Notes: generated by a model not told the origin, from the letters alone. DNA of 64,000 nucleotides from an uncultured Actinomycetes bacterium (GCA_963696735.1 CAVOLG010000008.1:361069-425068), one strand, 5' to 3'; shown: positions 41,764 to 53,897, numbered from the stretch's first letter. Numbers and translations are program-made.

Positions 41764-42765
41764 GCGCCGTCGCCGACGCAAGCGCGCTGCTCGAGCTCGA
41801 GGACCTCTCGGTCGACTACGTGCTGCCCGACCGCCGCGTGCGCGCGGTCGACGGCGTCTCGCTCGCGATCGCGCCGGGCGAGATCCTCGGCCTCGCGGGC
41901 GAGTCGGGCTGTGGCAAGAGCACGCTCGCGAACGCCGTCCTGCAGATCCTCAAGCCGCCCGGCCGAGGTCTCGGCGGGCGCATCCTGTTCCAGGGGCGAG
42001 AACCTCGTCGCCATGAGCGGCGAGCAGCTGCGCCGCGTCCGCTGGCGGCACGTCTCGCTCGTCTTCCAGAGCGCGATGAACGTGCTCAACCCGGTCATGC
42101 GCGTCGGCGACCAGTTCGTCGACATGTACAAGGCGCACGACCGCGTGCGCACGCGCGACGCGCTCGCGCGCGCGGGCGACCTGCTCGAGCTCGTCGGCAT
42201 CGACCGCGGGCGCGTGCGCTCGTACCCGCACGAGCTCTCGGGCGGCATGCGCCAGCGCGTCGTGATCGCGATGGCGCTCGCGCTCGAGCCCGAGCTGATC
42301 GTGATGGACGAGCCGACGACGGCGCTCGACGTCGTCGTGCAGCGCGAGATCCTGCAGGAGCTCGAGGTGCTCAAGAAGCGCCTCGGCTTCGCCGTCCTGT
42401 TCATCACGCACGACCTCTCGCTGCTCGTCGAGTTCAGCGACCGCATCGCGATCATGTACGCGGGCGAGATCGTCGAGTCGGCGCCGTCCGACGTGCTCTT
42501 CCAGCGCTCGCTGCATCCGTACACGGTCGGGCTCATGCGCTCGTTCCCGCCGCTGACGGGGCCGATCCTGCCGCTCACGGGCATCCCGGGCGCGCCGCCC
42601 GACCTCGCGCAGCCGCCGCGCGGCTGCCGCTTCCATCCGCGCTGCCCGCACTGCACGCGGCGACGACCCGCGGCTGCTACGCGCCTGCAGACGAGCGAGC
42701 GGCCCGTGCTGCGCGAGATCGAGCCCGGCCACCACGTCGCCTGCCACCTGGTGGAGGCCGCGTGA
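41760..42765 (+). pseudogene. ABC ATP-binding protein (DppD/OppD-like), frame broken at about 41990
   Basis: [14 protein letters not shown] (Walker A), [28 protein letters not shown]-terminal oligopeptide-type extension CRFHPRCP. Confidence 0.8.
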
Positions 42766-43663
42766 GCACGCTCGAGGTGCAGGGCCTCGGCCAAGCGCTT
42801 CCCGGTGCGCGGCGCGCTCGGCGCTCCGGCGCTCGAGCTCGACGCCGTCGACGACGTCTCGTTCACGCTGCGCCCGGGCATGGTGACCGCGCTCGTCGGC
42901 GAGAGCGGCAGCGGCAAGAGCACCGTCGCGCGCCTGCTCTCGCGCCTGTACACGCCGACCGACGGGACGATCCTCTTCGACGGCGAGGACGTCAGCGACC
43001 AGCGGCGCGCGCAAGACGCTGCTCGCCTACCGCGTCGCAGGTGCAGATGATCTTCCAGGATCCGTTCGCGTCGCTCAACCCGGTCAAGCGCATCGACCAC
43101 CACATCGCGCGGCCGCTGCGGATCCACGGCATCTGCTCGCGCGGCGAGGTCGACGGGCGCGTGCGCGAGCTGCTCGCAGCGCGTCGGGCCTGGTGCCGCC
43201 GGACGAGATCGCGCAGAAGTACCCCCACCAGCTCTCGGGCGGGCAGCGCCAGCGCGTCGCGATCGCCCGCGCGCTCGCCGTCGAGCCGAGCGTGATCCTG
43301 GCCGACGAGCCGATCTCGATGCTCGACGTCTCGATCCGCATCGGCATCCTCAACCTCATCCTGCAGCTCAAGCGCGGAGTCTCGGCATCGCCTTCCTGTA
43401 CATCACGCACGACATCGCGAGCGCCCGCTACGTCGCCGACGAGGTGCTCGTGATGTACCGCGGCCGGATCGTCGAGCAGGGCCCGACCGACGCCGTGCTG
43501 CTCGACCCGCAGCACGCGTACACGAAGCTCCTGCTCTCGGCCGTGCCGAACCCCGAGAGCGGGCTGCGGCTCGAGCCCCTCGTCCGCGGCGAGCTCGCCG
43601 ACGACGGCGGCCTCGCAGCTCGTCGAGGTCGCGCCCGGCCACTTCGTCAGGAGCCCCGCATGA
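42762..43663 (+). pseudogene. ABC ATP-binding protein (DppF/OppF-like), frameshifted
   Basis: The GTG at 42762 overlaps the previous stop. [50 protein letters not shown]. Pieces lie in at least 4 frames. Confidence 0.75.
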
Positions 43664-44383
43664 GCGACGCCCGGATCGGCCTGATGCTCTACTCGGTGCG
43701 CGAGGCCTGCGCGCGCGACTTCGAGGGGACGCTGCGCGAGGTCGCGGCGATCGGCTACGAGGGCGTCGAGCTGTTCGACCTGCACGGGCACGACGCCGCG
43801 GCCGTCGCCGGCTGGCTGGACGAGCTCGGGCTGGCGGCCGTCGCGCGCCACGCCCGCTCGAGGCCGATCGAGGGCGAGCTGCCCGCGCTCGCCGCCGAGG
43901 CGCGCGCGCTCGGCTGGCAGCGGCTCGTCGTGAGCTGGGTCGATCCCGCGCGAGCTCGACGACGACGACGCTCGACCGCCTCGCCGTCGCCGCCACGGCG
44001 GTCGCCGGCGCCGGGCCTCGAGCTCGGGTACCACAACCACGACGCCGAGGTCGCGCAGGGCTTCCTCGACCGGCTGCCCGCCGAGCGTGTTCCTCGAGCT
44101 CGACGCCGGCTGGGCCTGGTGGGCCGGCGCCGATCCCGTCGACCTGCTCGGGCGCGGCCCGCTGGTGCACGTCAAGGACTTCCGCGCTCGCGCGGCGAGC
44201 GCTCGTTCTGCCCGGTCGGCGACGGCGCCGTCGGCTACGAGCGCGTCGCTCCCGGCCGCGGTGCGGGCCGGCGTCGAGTGGCTGATCGTCGAGCAGGACG
44301 AGACCGAGGGCTCCGAGCTCGACGGACGCCGCGCCGCTCGCTACGCGCGCCGTCATCAGCGCATGCTCGGGGAGGCCGCATGA
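43660..44383 (+). pseudogene. sugar-phosphate isomerase/epimerase (xylose-isomerase-like TIM barrel), frameshifted
   Basis: MSDARIGLMLYSVREACARDFEGTLREVAAIGYEGVELF, LGYHNHDAE, FLELDAGW. ATGA overlaps at both ends. Confidence 0.65.
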
Positions 44384-45473
44384 GGGTCGGCGTCATCGGG
44401 TGCGGCGTGATCAGCCGCGCGTACGTGCGAGAACGCGAAGGCGTTCGACTCGTTCGAGCTCGTCGCCTGCGCCGATCTCGACCGCGCGCAGGCCGACGCG
44501 CTCGCGCAAGGCCGAGCGGCCTCGCGCGTCGCCGGCGTCGACGAGCTGATCGCCGACCCGTCGCATCGACGTCGATCCTCAACCTCACGCCGCCGCCCGT
44601 GCACGCCGCGGTGATCGCGCGCAGGCGCTCGCCGCCGGCAAGCACGTCTACACCGAGAAGCCGCTCGCGACCGAGATGGCCGACTCGCTCGCGCTGCTCG
44701 CCGAGGCCGAGCGCCGCGGGCTGCGCATCGGCTGCGCGCCCGACATCTTCCTCGGCGCGCGCCTACCAGGCCGGCCGCGCCGTCGATCGACGAGGGCGCT
44801 GATCGGCGAGCCGCTCTCGGTCAGCGCGGCCATGCTCGTCGGCGGGCAGGAGACGCTGGCACCCGAACCCCGACATCTTCTACACCGACGGCGCCGGCCC
44901 GCTGTTCGACATGGGGCCGTACTACCTGACCGCGATCGTGGCGCTGCTCGGCCCGATCAGCCGCGTCGCGGGCTTCGCCTCGACGCGCACGCGCGAGCGG
45001 ACGATCGAGATCGGCCCGCGCACCGGCGAGCGCTTCACCGCGTCGACGCCGACGCACACGACGCGCGGCGATGCAGCTCGAGAGCGGCGTCACGGCGAAC
45101 CTCGTCGCGAGCTTCGAGGCGCGCGGCCAGTACATCTGCGACCTCGCGATCCACGGCACCGAGGGCGTGCTCGCTGCTGCCCGACCCGAACGCCTTCGGC
45201 GGCCCGGTGCGGCTCAAGCGCGGCCGCGGCGGCTGGGAGGACGTGCCCGTACGCCTCGCGCGGCGCCGCCGACGCGCGCGGCATCGGCCTGCACGACATG
45301 GTCGAGGCGATCGCGCGCCGGACCGGCCGCACCGCGCCTCCGGGCCGGCTCGGGCGCGCACGTGGTCGAGGTCGCGCGCGGCATCCTGCGCTCGGCCGAG
45401 GAGGGGCGCATCGTCGAGATCGAGTCGCGGCGTCGACCAGCCGGAGCCGCTGCCGGTTCCGGCCGTCGCCTGA
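44380..45473 (+). pseudogene. Gfo/Idh/MocA-family oxidoreductase, frameshifted
   Basis: MRVGVIGCGVIS (Rossmann), GKHVYTEKPLA, MGPYYLTAIVALLGPI. Pieces lie in at least 5 frames. Confidence 0.7.
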
Positions 45474-45476
45474 CCG

Positions 45477-47054
45477 TCAGGCGCGTGTCAGCGCGGTCGA
45501 GCTCGAGCTGGCGGAGCTCGATCCGGCGGATCTTCCCGGTGAGCGTCTTCGGCAGCTCGGCGACGAACTCGATCCGGCGCGGGTACGCGTACGCCGAGAG
45601 GCGTTCGCGGACGATGTCCTCTGATCTCGTCGGCCACGGTCTCCGAGGGCTCGTATCCGTCGGCGAGGACGATGAATGCCTTCACGACGTTGCCGCGGAG
45701 CTCGTCGGGCGACGCGACGACCGCCGCCTCGCGTACGGCGGCGTGCTCGAGGCACGCCGATTCGACCTCGAACGGGCCGATCCGGTAGCCGGCCGCGATG
45801 ATCACGTCGTCGGCGCGTCCGACGTACCAGACGTAGCCGTCCTCGTCCTGGACGGCGGCGTCCTTGGTGTGGAACCACTCGCCGCCGAAGGTCTCCGCGC
45901 TCGCCTGCCTCGTTGCGCCAGTAGCCGAGCGGGTAGTGCGGGTTCGAGCGGGCGCGGAGGCAGATCTCGCCGCGCTCGCCCTGTGCCACCGGCTGCTCGT
46001 CCTCGTCGAGGAGCTGCACGTCCCAGCCCGGCATCGGCCTCCCCATCGAGCCCTCACGCACCTCGAGGAACGGGTAGTTCGCGACGAGCGGGTACGACTC
46101 CGTCAGACCGTAGTAGTCGAGCACGGTCACGCCGTACTGCTCGCGGAACCAGCGGATCGCCTCCGGATTCAGCGGCTCGCCCGCCGAGCAGACGCGGCGG
46201 AACGCCTGCGGGTAGCGGGTCCCGGCATCCTCGATCGCCATCATCGAGCGCATCGCCGTCGGCGTCGTGAAGACGTTCGTCACCCGATGCCGGCTCAGGA
46301 AGTCGAGCTGCTTGTGCGGGTCGAAGCCGCCCTCGCGCCGGTAGACGCACTGCAGCGCCCCGAGCCGCCAGGGGCCGAGCAGCGGCGCGATCCCTGCGGC
46401 CCAGGCCCACTCGCCCATGCCGTGGAAGCGCTCGCCGTCCTGGAGCTCGTGGCAGTAGAGGAACTCCTCGTGGGCCGAGGATGTAGCGGTGCGCGTGGAC
46501 GATCCCCTTCGCGAGCCCCGTCGTTCCTGACGTGTAGTAGAGCTGCGCGGGGTCGTCGGCCGAGGTGTCGGCGCAGACGAAGTCGGTCGGGGCCGCCGCG
46601 AGGCTGTCGGGCTCGAGAACGAGCGTGCTCGGGCGACCACGGCCGGTCGAAGCGCGGCGCGTTGCCTGGGTCGGTCACGAGCAGCGTTGCGCCCGAGTCG
46701 GAGAGCCGGTGCTGGATCCCGTCGTCGCCGTACAGCACCGACATCGAGAGCAGGATCGCGCCGAGCTTCCAGACGCCGAAGAAGATCGCCGCTGTCTCGG
46801 GCGTCGGCGGGCAGGACGACCGCGACCCGGTCGCCCCGCGCCACGCCGCGGGCGGCGAGTGTGTGCGCCGCCTGGTTCGCCAGATCCTGCAGCTCGCCCC
46901 AGTCGAGCTCCCGCGTCGAGCCGTCGAAGCTCTCCCAGACCATCGCCGGCTTGTCCCGCGCGTGCTTGTCGCACACGTCGGCAGCGATGTTGTATCGCGC
47001 CGGTACGTCCCACCGATGATCCGCGCAGATCTCGTCGTAGCTCGTCGAGCTCAT
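45477..47054 (-). pseudogene. AMP-dependent acyl-CoA synthetase/ligase, many frameshifts
   Basis: MSSTSYDEICADHRWDVPARYNIAADVCDKHA..., YTSGTTG-like region, DGYVWYVGRADDVIIAAGYRIGPFEVE, FVAELPKTLTGKIRR. Pieces lie in at least 5 frames. Confidence 0.75.
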
Positions 47055-47104
47055 CAGCCGCAGGCCCCAGACTACGCCCGTCCTGGCGCTCGTACGATTG
47101 ACGC

Positions 47105-47830
47105 ATGTTCGCCGGCCTCAGCTCTCCGGCGCGGGCCGCGGCCTCAACGTTCATGTTCGGGCGCTGGGGCGATGCGCTCCGCCTGTGCGACGAGCTCATC
47201 GCCCGACCCGAGTCCGGCCGGCGCGACGCTGTCGACCCCTACGTCCTCTCCCTGCGAGCCGCCATCCGCCTCGGCTACGGGGACGTGACCGGGGCGGACA
47301 CGGACAGCGAACGGGCGATCGACCTCGCGCAGGCCGCGGGCATGGAGGCGCGCGCGGCCGCCCTGTGCGTGCGCGCCGCCGTGCATCTCGACGCCGGGCG
47401 CCGGCGCGAGGCCGAGGTGTGCGCCGCGGAGCTCGCGGCCTTGGGCCCGGGCTTGCTTCCCTCCCTCGGCTGGCCGCATCCAAACTTCGCCGACGCGGCC
47501 TGGGTCTTCCGGGATCTCGGGCTGCGTGCCGAGTTCGTGGCCGTGCTCGAGGCGACGCCCAGCAAGAGCCCGTGGATGGAGGCGGCGCGAGCGATCATCG
47601 AGGGCCGGTCCGTCCAGGCGGCCGAGATCATCGAAGGCCTGGGCGATCCGGCGTCGGCCGCGTACGCGAGGCTGCGGGCAGCGGAGGAGCTGGCGGCGGA
47701 CGGGCTGGCCGACGCGGTGGAGCAGGGCCGCCGGGCGGCCGCGTTCTACCGGACTGCGGGCGCCTCGGCCTGGCTGCGGCGCGCCGAGGAAGCGGCGTCC
47801 GGAGTCGTGGCGGCGCCGTTGGATGGGTGA
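47105..47830 (+). CDS. hypothetical helical-repeat (TPR-like) protein
   Basis: Intact 241-aa ORF, Ala/Leu/Arg-rich helical pattern. Its 3' end overlaps the convergent usp-like gene by about 85 bp. Confidence 0.45.
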   Translation: MFAGLSSPARAAASTFMFGRWGDALRLCDELIARPESGRRDAVDPYVLSLRAAIRLGYGDVTGADTDSERAIDLAQAAGMEARAAALCVRAAVHLDAGRRREAEVCAAELAALGPGLLPSLGWPHPNFADAAWVFRDLGLRAEFVAVLEATPSKSPWMEAARAIIEGRSVQAAEIIEGLGDPASAAYARLRAAEELAADGLADAVEQGRRAAAFYRTAGASAWLRRAEEAASGVVAAPLDG

Positions 47831-48291
47831 GGGCTCGGCGCCGGCCGCAGGATCAGCGTCTCGCCCGGCGCGTGCTCGAGCATCCACCCGATGTCCTTGG
47901 TCGAGAATCCCGGCGAGCCCGGCTGCGGCGCAGGGACCAAGATGCGGTCGAACCGCTCCGCGTCCCACAGCCGCTGCAGCGCGTGGACGGCCGAGCGGCC
48001 GCGCTCGATGCGGGCGTCCACCGGAACCCGGGCGCGGAGAGCGGCGTTCTCGACCGCCTCGAGCAGCGGCATGGCCACCTCCACCTGGCCCTGCACGGGC
48101 GCCTCCGGGTCGAACTCGAGCGGCACGATGAGCAGGTAGGCCGGGACCAGCACGGCGTCCTCGGCGCGGGCGATGCGGATGGCCGCGTCGAGCACGGCGG
48201 GAGCGAGGCCCGCGTCGGTGAACGGGACGAGCAGCCGGGGCTGGCCGTCGCGGCGGGCGGGGGCGTGCGGGCGCCAGGGGACGAGCCTCAC
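47746..48291 (-). CDS. universal-stress-protein (Usp) domain protein
   Basis: LLVPFTDAGLAPAVLDAAIRIARAEDAVLVPAYLL..., ILVPAP... The GTG at 48291 overlaps the upstream stop (GTGA). Confidence 0.6.
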   Translation of the reverse strand: MRLVPWRPHAPARRDGQPRLLVPFTDAGLAPAVLDAAIRIARAEDAVLVPAYLLIVPLEFDPEAPVQGQVEVAMPLLEAVENAALRARVPVDARIERGRSAVHALQRLWDAERFDRILVPAPQPGSPGFSTKDIGWMLEHAPGETLILRPAPSPHPSNGAATTPDAASSARRSQAEAPAVR

Positions 48292-49377
48292 GGCTGCAGG
48301 TTCTCCCGCATCGCCCGGTCGGCGACCACGCGGATGTCCACCCCGGGCAGCTCACGCACCATGCGCGAGACCAGCGACCCGCGCAGAATCTCCACGCTCC
48401 GCCGCTCGTCCGGCGTGCCGACGAAGACGTACGTCGAGCCCCGCTCGTAGGCCACGCGGCGCACCGTGCTGACGAGATCGTCGTCCTCTTCCTCGAGGAA
48501 GTGGACGCCCAGGATCGTGGCCAGGCGCCGGAGCGCGGCCAGGGCGATCGTCTCCTCCTCGGACAGCTCCCGGCCGGGCTTCCGCACCCACAGCGCGTCG
48601 ATGTCGCCGCCCAGCCGCTGGGCCGAGCGCCACGCGCGGCGCAGGATGCGCTGCGAGCGGGGCTGTGGGGTGACCAGGACGAGCACGCGCTCCGTCACGG
48701 CCCGTTTGCTGAGCGGGTCGAGGGAGCGGCCCTGCCGCCGAGCCTCGACGTCCTCGGCCACCTCGCGGAGCGCGAACTCGCGCAGGGCGGCGAGGTTCTC
48801 GCGGCGGAAGAAGTTGGCCAGCGCCGCCCCCACACGCTCGCGCGGATACACCTTGCCCGCCTTGAGCCGCTCCTCCAGCTCCTCGGGCGAGAGATCGACG
48901 AGCACCACCTCGTCGGCCTCGTCGAGAATGCGATCCGGGAAGGTCTCGCGCACTCGCACGCCCGTGAACTCGTAGACGGCGTCGTTGAGGCTCTCGAGGT
49001 GCTGGACGTTCACCGTCGAGATGACGTCGGTGCCGCCCGCGAGGACGTCGTCGATGTCCTCATAGCGCTTCTGGTGCCGCGCCCCTGGGCGCGTTCGTGT
49101 GGGCCAGCTCGTCGATCAGGGCCAGCTCTGGCGCGCGGCGGAGCACCTCGTCGAGGTCCATCTCTCCGATCTCCAGCGACCCGTGCCTGGTGGTGAGGCG
49201 CGGCACCACCTCGAGCCCGTCGGCCAGGGCCGAGGTCTCGGGCCGGTCGTGCGGCTCGAGGTAGCCGATGACGACGTCACGCCCCTCGAGCTGCGCCTGG
49301 CGGCCCTCGAGGAGCATGCGATAGGTCTTGCCGACGCCTGGCGCCGCCCCCAGCAGGATCCGGTAGCGGCCCCGCAC
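48288..49377 (-). CDS. stand-alone KdpD N-terminal sensor module (KdpD-N P-loop domain + Usp domain), frame broken once (about 49085)
   Basis: ILLGAAPGVGKTYRMLLEG...IDELAHTNAPG (ORF 49060..49377), then VNVQHLESLNDAVYEFTGVRVRETFPD...VLVLVTPQPRSQRILRRAWR (ORF 48288..49013). No TM or kinase part. Confidence 0.75.
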
Positions 49378-49381
49378 GCGC

Positions 49382-51439
49382 TCACGCGCCGAGCAGGTTG
49401 TGCACGACCAGGTCGATCAGCTTGATGCCGACGAAGGGAAGAATCACGCCGCCGAGGCCGTAGATGAGGAGGTTCCGGCGCAGGAGCGCGGTCGCGCCGA
49501 TGGCGCGGTACTTCACGCCGCGCAGGGCGAGCGGCACCAGCGCCGGGATGACGAGGGCGTTGAAGATGATCGCCGAGATGATCGCGCTTCGGGGCGAGCC
49601 GAGGTTCATGATGTTGAGGGTGTTGAGCGGGCCCGTCCCGTTCCGGCCGACGTAGGTCGTCGCGAAGATCGCCGGGATGATGGCGAAGTACTTCGCCACG
49701 TCGTTCGCGATCGAGAACGTGGTCAGCGAGCCGCGTGTGATCAGGAGCTGCTTGCCGACCTCGACGATCTCGATGAGCTTGGTCGGGTTCGAGTCGAGGT
49801 CGACCATGTTCCCGGCCTCCTTGGCAGCCGAGGTCCCCGTGTTCATGGCTACGCCGACATCGGCCTGGGCCAGGGCCGGCGCGTCGTTCGTGCCGTCGCC
49901 CGTCATCGCCACCATCCGGCCGCGCGCCTGCTCCTCGTGGATCAGCTCGAGCTTCCGCTCCGGGGTCGCCTCGGCCAGGAAGTCGTCGACGCCCGACTCC
50001 TGCGCGATGACGGCGGCCGTCACGGGGTTGTCGCCCGTGATCATCACGGTCCGGATGCCCATGCGGCGAAGCTCGTCGAACCGCTCGTTCATGCCCGTCT
50101 TGACGATGTCCTTGAGGTGGACGACGCCGAGGGCGAAGTTGTCCCGTGCCACCACGAGCGGCGTCCCGCCCGAGCGCGCGACCTGGTTCACGATGTCGTC
50201 CAGCGCGGCGGGCGCCCGCCCGCCGTTCTCCTCGATGAAACGCTTGACGGCGTCCGCCGCCCCCTTGCGGATGCGGGTTCCGTTGTAGTCGACGCCGCTC
50301 ATCCGGGTGGTCGCCGTGAACGGGATGAAGCGGTGCTCGTGGTCGGAGAACTCGCGCTCGCGGATCCCGAACTCCTTGGCCAGGACGACGATGGACCGTC
50401 CCTCCGGGGTCTCGTCGGCCAGGGAGGCGAGCTGGGCGGTGTCGGCCAGGTCCCGCTGGGGCACACCGTCGACGGGCAGGAACTCGGCCGCCTGGCGGTT
50501 GCCGAGCGTGATCGTGCCCGTCTTGTCGAGGAGCAGCACGTCGACGTCGCCCGAGGCCTCGACGGCGCGGCCCGACATGGCCAGGACGTTGCGCTGGACG
50601 AGACGGTCCATGCCGGCGATGCCGATGGCCGAGAGCAAGGCCCCGATCGTGGTCGGGATGAGCGCCACGAGCAGGGCGATGAGGACGGTCTGCGACAGCG
50701 AGGTGCCCGCATAGAGCGCGAACGGGCGGAGCGTCACCACGGCGGCCAGGAACGTGATCGTCAGGCCGGCGAGGAGGATGTTGAGGGCGATCTCGTTCGG
50801 GGTCTTGCGCCGCTCCGCGCCCTCGACGAGCGCGATCATGCGGTCGAGGAAGGACTTGCCGGGCTCCTGCGTGACCTCGATGACGAGCTGATCGGAGAGG
50901 AGGCGCGTGCCGCCCGTGACCGCGGACCGGTCACCGCCCGCCTCCCGGATGACCGGCGCGGACTCGCCGGTGATGGCCGACTCGTCGACCGAGCCGATTC
51001 CCTTGATGACGTCGCCGTCGGCCGGGATGACCTCCCCCGCCTCGACGACGACGATGTCGCCGCGCTGCAGCTCGGCTGCGGCCACGTCCTCGAGCCCGCC
51101 CGACGCGGTGCGCCGGCGCGCGACCGTCGTCGTGCGCGTGGCGCGCAGGGCGTTGGCCTGCGCCTTGCCACGGCTCTCGGCGATGGCCTCGGCGAAGTTG
51201 GCGAACAGGACGGTCAGCCACAGCCAGAAGGCGATGGTTCCCGTGAACCAGCCAGGCTCGCCGGGATGGCCGCCGATGAGCCCCTTCAGGAAGATGAACG
51301 AGACGATGACGCTGCCCAGCTCGACGATGAAGATCACCGGGTTGCGAACCAGCCCGCGCGGGTCGAGCTTCACGAAGGACTCGAGGATCGCGGGACCCAC
51401 GACCTCCCTGGTGAGGAGCCGCTGCCTGCGGTCTGTCAT
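49382..51439 (-). CDS. kdpB: K+-transporting P-type ATPase, ATP-binding subunit KdpB
   Basis: Intact 685 aa. [24 protein letters not shown]. The ATG overlaps the kdpC stop (ATGA). Confidence 0.95.
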   Translation of the reverse strand: MTDRRQRLLTREVVGPAILESFVKLDPRGLVRNPVIFIVELGSVIVSFIFLKGLIGGHPGEPGWFTGTIAFWLWLTVLFANFAEAIAESRGKAQANALRATRTTTVARRRTASGGLEDVAAAELQRGDIVVVEAGEVIPADGDVIKGIGSVDESAITGESAPVIREAGGDRSAVTGGTRLLSDQLVIEVTQEPGKSFLDRMIALVEGAERRKTPNEIALNILLAGLTITFLAAVVTLRPFALYAGTSLSQTVLIALLVALIPTTIGALLSAIGIAGMDRLVQRNVLAMSGRAVEASGDVDVLLLDKTGTITLGNRQAAEFLPVDGVPQRDLADTAQLASLADETPEGRSIVVLAKEFGIREREFSDHEHRFIPFTATTRMSGVDYNGTRIRKGAADAVKRFIEENGGRAPAALDDIVNQVARSGGTPLVVARDNFALGVVHLKDIVKTGMNERFDELRRMGIRTVMITGDNPVTAAVIAQESGVDDFLAEATPERKLELIHEEQARGRMVAMTGDGTNDAPALAQADVGVAMNTGTSAAKEAGNMVDLDSNPTKLIEIVEVGKQLLITRGSLTTFSIANDVAKYFAIIPAIFATTYVGRNGTGPLNTLNIMNLGSPRSAIISAIIFNALVIPALVPLALRGVKYRAIGATALLRRNLLIYGLGGVILPFVGIKLIDLVVHNLLGA

Positions 51440-52027
51440 TGCGGCGCCTCTCGATCGAGGGCGAGGTTGAGCGCGAGCACGTTGACGCCGGGCTCACCCA
51501 GGAAGCCGAGCGAGCGGTCGTCGGTGTTCTGCGAGATGAGGGACTGCACCCGCGAGAGCGGGAGGTGGCGCGTGGCGGCGATCCGGCGCGCCTGCAGGTC
51601 GGCATACGCGGGGGAGATGTCGGGATCGATCCCGGAGCCCGAGGTCGTGACCGCATCGACCGGGATGCCGCCGACCGTGAGGCCGGGGTTGTACGGGCCC
51701 TCGAGCTTGAGGATGGCCTTCGCCTGTGCGGCGACGTTCTTGGCCAGGGCGGGGTTCGTCGGCCCGAGGTTGGCGAACGTCGTCAGCGCCCCGTTGTAGG
51801 GCGGCGTCGTTCCCGACGGCCGCGGGTGGAAGTAGATCGGCTTCGTGAAGGCCTGCGCCTCGAGGCGGGACCCGACCACGCGGCCGTTGACCGTGATCAG
51901 GCTGCCGTTCGCCTTGTCCTGGAAGAACAGCTGCGCGACGCCCGTGACCAGCAGCGGGAAGGCGAAGCCGAAGACGACGGTGATCGCGATGGCGGCCAGG
52001 ATCGAGCGTCCGATGGTACCGCGTCAC
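51436..52027 (-). CDS. kdpC: K+-transporting ATPase subunit KdpC, frame broken just after the start
   Basis: ...[47 protein letters not shown]..., [43 protein letters not shown]. The GTG at 52027 overlaps the kdpA stop (GTGA) but is one base out of frame with the body. Confidence 0.85.
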
Positions 52028-53725
52028 GAGAGCGCCTCCACGATCGGCCCGAGCGAGAGGGCGGGGAAGATCATCAGGCCGGCGGTCAGCACCACGACGC
52101 CGACGACGAGCACGGCGAAGGTGGCGCCGTCGGTGCGGAAGGTGCCCGCCGACGCCGGTGCCGTCTTCTTGGCCGCCAGCGAGCCGCCCAGCGCGAGCGC
52201 GGCGACCAGCGGGACGAAGCGCCCGAGCCACATGGCCAGCTCACCGAGGAGGGCAGAGAAGTGCGTCGCGCCGTAGCCGGCGAAGGCGCTGCCGTTGTTG
52301 TTCGACTGCGAGGTGTAGGCGTAGAGGGCCTCGGAGAAGCCGTGCGCGCCGGGGTTGAACACCGACTGGAGGCCGGCGTGCGTGACCACGGAGATCGCCG
52401 TCAGCACGAGGGCCATCGTCGGGACGAAGAGCGCGCCGACAGCGGCGTACTTCATCTCCCGGCCCTCGATCTTCTTCCCGAGGTACTCGGGGGTTCTCCC
52501 GACCATCAGGCCGGCCACGAAGACGGCGATGAAGACGTAGAAGAACATCCCGTACAGGCCCGAGCCGACCCCGCCGAAGATCACCTCGCCCGTGAAGATG
52601 TTGACGAGCGGTACCGCGCCTCCGCCCGCGGTGAAGGCGTCGTGGCCGCCGTTGACCGACCCGTTCGAGGCGTCCGTGGTCGCCGTGGCCCAGAGGGCCG
52701 TATTGGCGATGCCGAACCGGACCTCCTTGTCGGACATGTTGCCGCCGCTCTGGCCGTTCCCGGATGAGAGGTTCACGCCCGAGGCGCGGAGTGCCTGCGA
52801 GCCGTGCTGCTCGGTCGGCAGCGCGATCGCCACACCGATGGCGAACATCGCGAACATGGCGGCGAAGATCGGCCACGCCTGCCGGCGCGCCCCGACCATC
52901 CGCCCGAACATGAACACCTGCGCCGCCGGGATGAGGAGGATGGCGATCAGCTCGAGGAAGTTCGTCAGCCCGGTCGGGTTCTCGAACGGGACGGCCGAGT
53001 TCGAGTTGAAGAAGCCGCCGCCGTTCGTGCCGAGCTGCTTGATCGCGATCTGGGAGGCCGCGGGGCCGCGCGCGATCTGCTGCGTCGGCGCCCTGGAGCG
53101 TGTGGACCGTCGCGTGGCCGTCGAGCGTCTGCACCACGCCCTGCGACACGAGCACGATCGCGAGCACGAGCGTGAGCGGAAGCAGGATGTACACCAGCGA
53201 CCGGTACAGGTCGACCCAGAAGTTGCCGAGCTCGTGCCGCGTCCGCCGGGCGAACCCGCGGACGACCGCCGCGAGCACGGCCATCCCGATGGCTGCCGAG
53301 ACCCAGTTCTGGACGGCGAGGCCGGCCATCTGGGACAGGTACGACATCGTCCCCTCGCCCGCGTAGTACTGCCAGTTGGTGTTGGTCAGGAAGCTGGCCG
53401 TGGTGTTGGCGGCGATGTGGGAGGGGACGGCGGCGAGGTTGTCCGGGTTCAGTGGCAGGTGCGCCTGCAGCCGCAGGAGCAGGTACAGGGGCACGGTGAA
53501 GACGGCCATCAGGACGAAGGCGCTGATGGCGTAGCTCTTCCAGTCCTGCTCCCGGTCCGGCCGCGTCCCGACCAGCCGGTAGAACCAGCGCTCCGGTGCG
53601 GCGAGCCACCGGGGCGCGCGGAAGCGTTCGGAGTACACCCAGGCCATGTAGATCCCGAGCGGGTAGGCGAGGGCGATCAGCACCGCCGCGTAGAGGACGA
53701 TCTGGCCGATGCCCTGCGCGGTCAT
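52024..53725 (-). CDS. kdpA: K+-transporting ATPase subunit KdpA, frame broken once (about 53090)
   Basis: N-terminal 210 aa are in ORF 52241..53725 (MTAQGIGQIVLYAAVLIALAYPLG..., NTNWQYYAGE). The remainder is in the frame of ORF 52024..52917 (KQLGTNGGGFFNSNSAVPFENP ... [13 protein letters not shown]). Confidence 0.9.
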
Positions 53726-53814
53726 CAGAACTTCTCCGCGCGGAAGAGGGCGTAGCAGAGGTAGAGGAAGAGGGCGATCGAGACGATCAGCCCGAAGATG
53801 TCGCCGCCCGACAT
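53725..53814 (-). CDS. kdpF: KdpF-like 29-aa hydrophobic peptide
   Basis: Reverse-strand translation by hand: MSGGDIFGLIVSIALFLYLCYALFRAEKF-stop. Similar length and LxxYLxYAL...E.F pattern to E. coli KdpF. TGATG overlaps at both ends. Confidence 0.7.
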   Translation of the reverse strand: MSGGDIFGLIVSIALFLYLCYALFRAEKF

Positions 53815-53897
53815 CAGACCCGGTCCAGAAGGTAGATCGCAGCGATGGCGGCGGCGAAGCACGCCACCGCGATCAGGATGCCGAGCAGCTCGACCAT
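53814..53897 (-). CDS. second 27-aa hydrophobic mini-protein upstream of kdpF
   Basis: Hand translation: MVELLGILIAVACFAAAIAAIYLLDRV-stop. TGATG overlaps with both neighbours. Confidence 0.4.
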   Translation of the reverse strand: MVELLGILIAVACFAAAIAAIYLLDRV

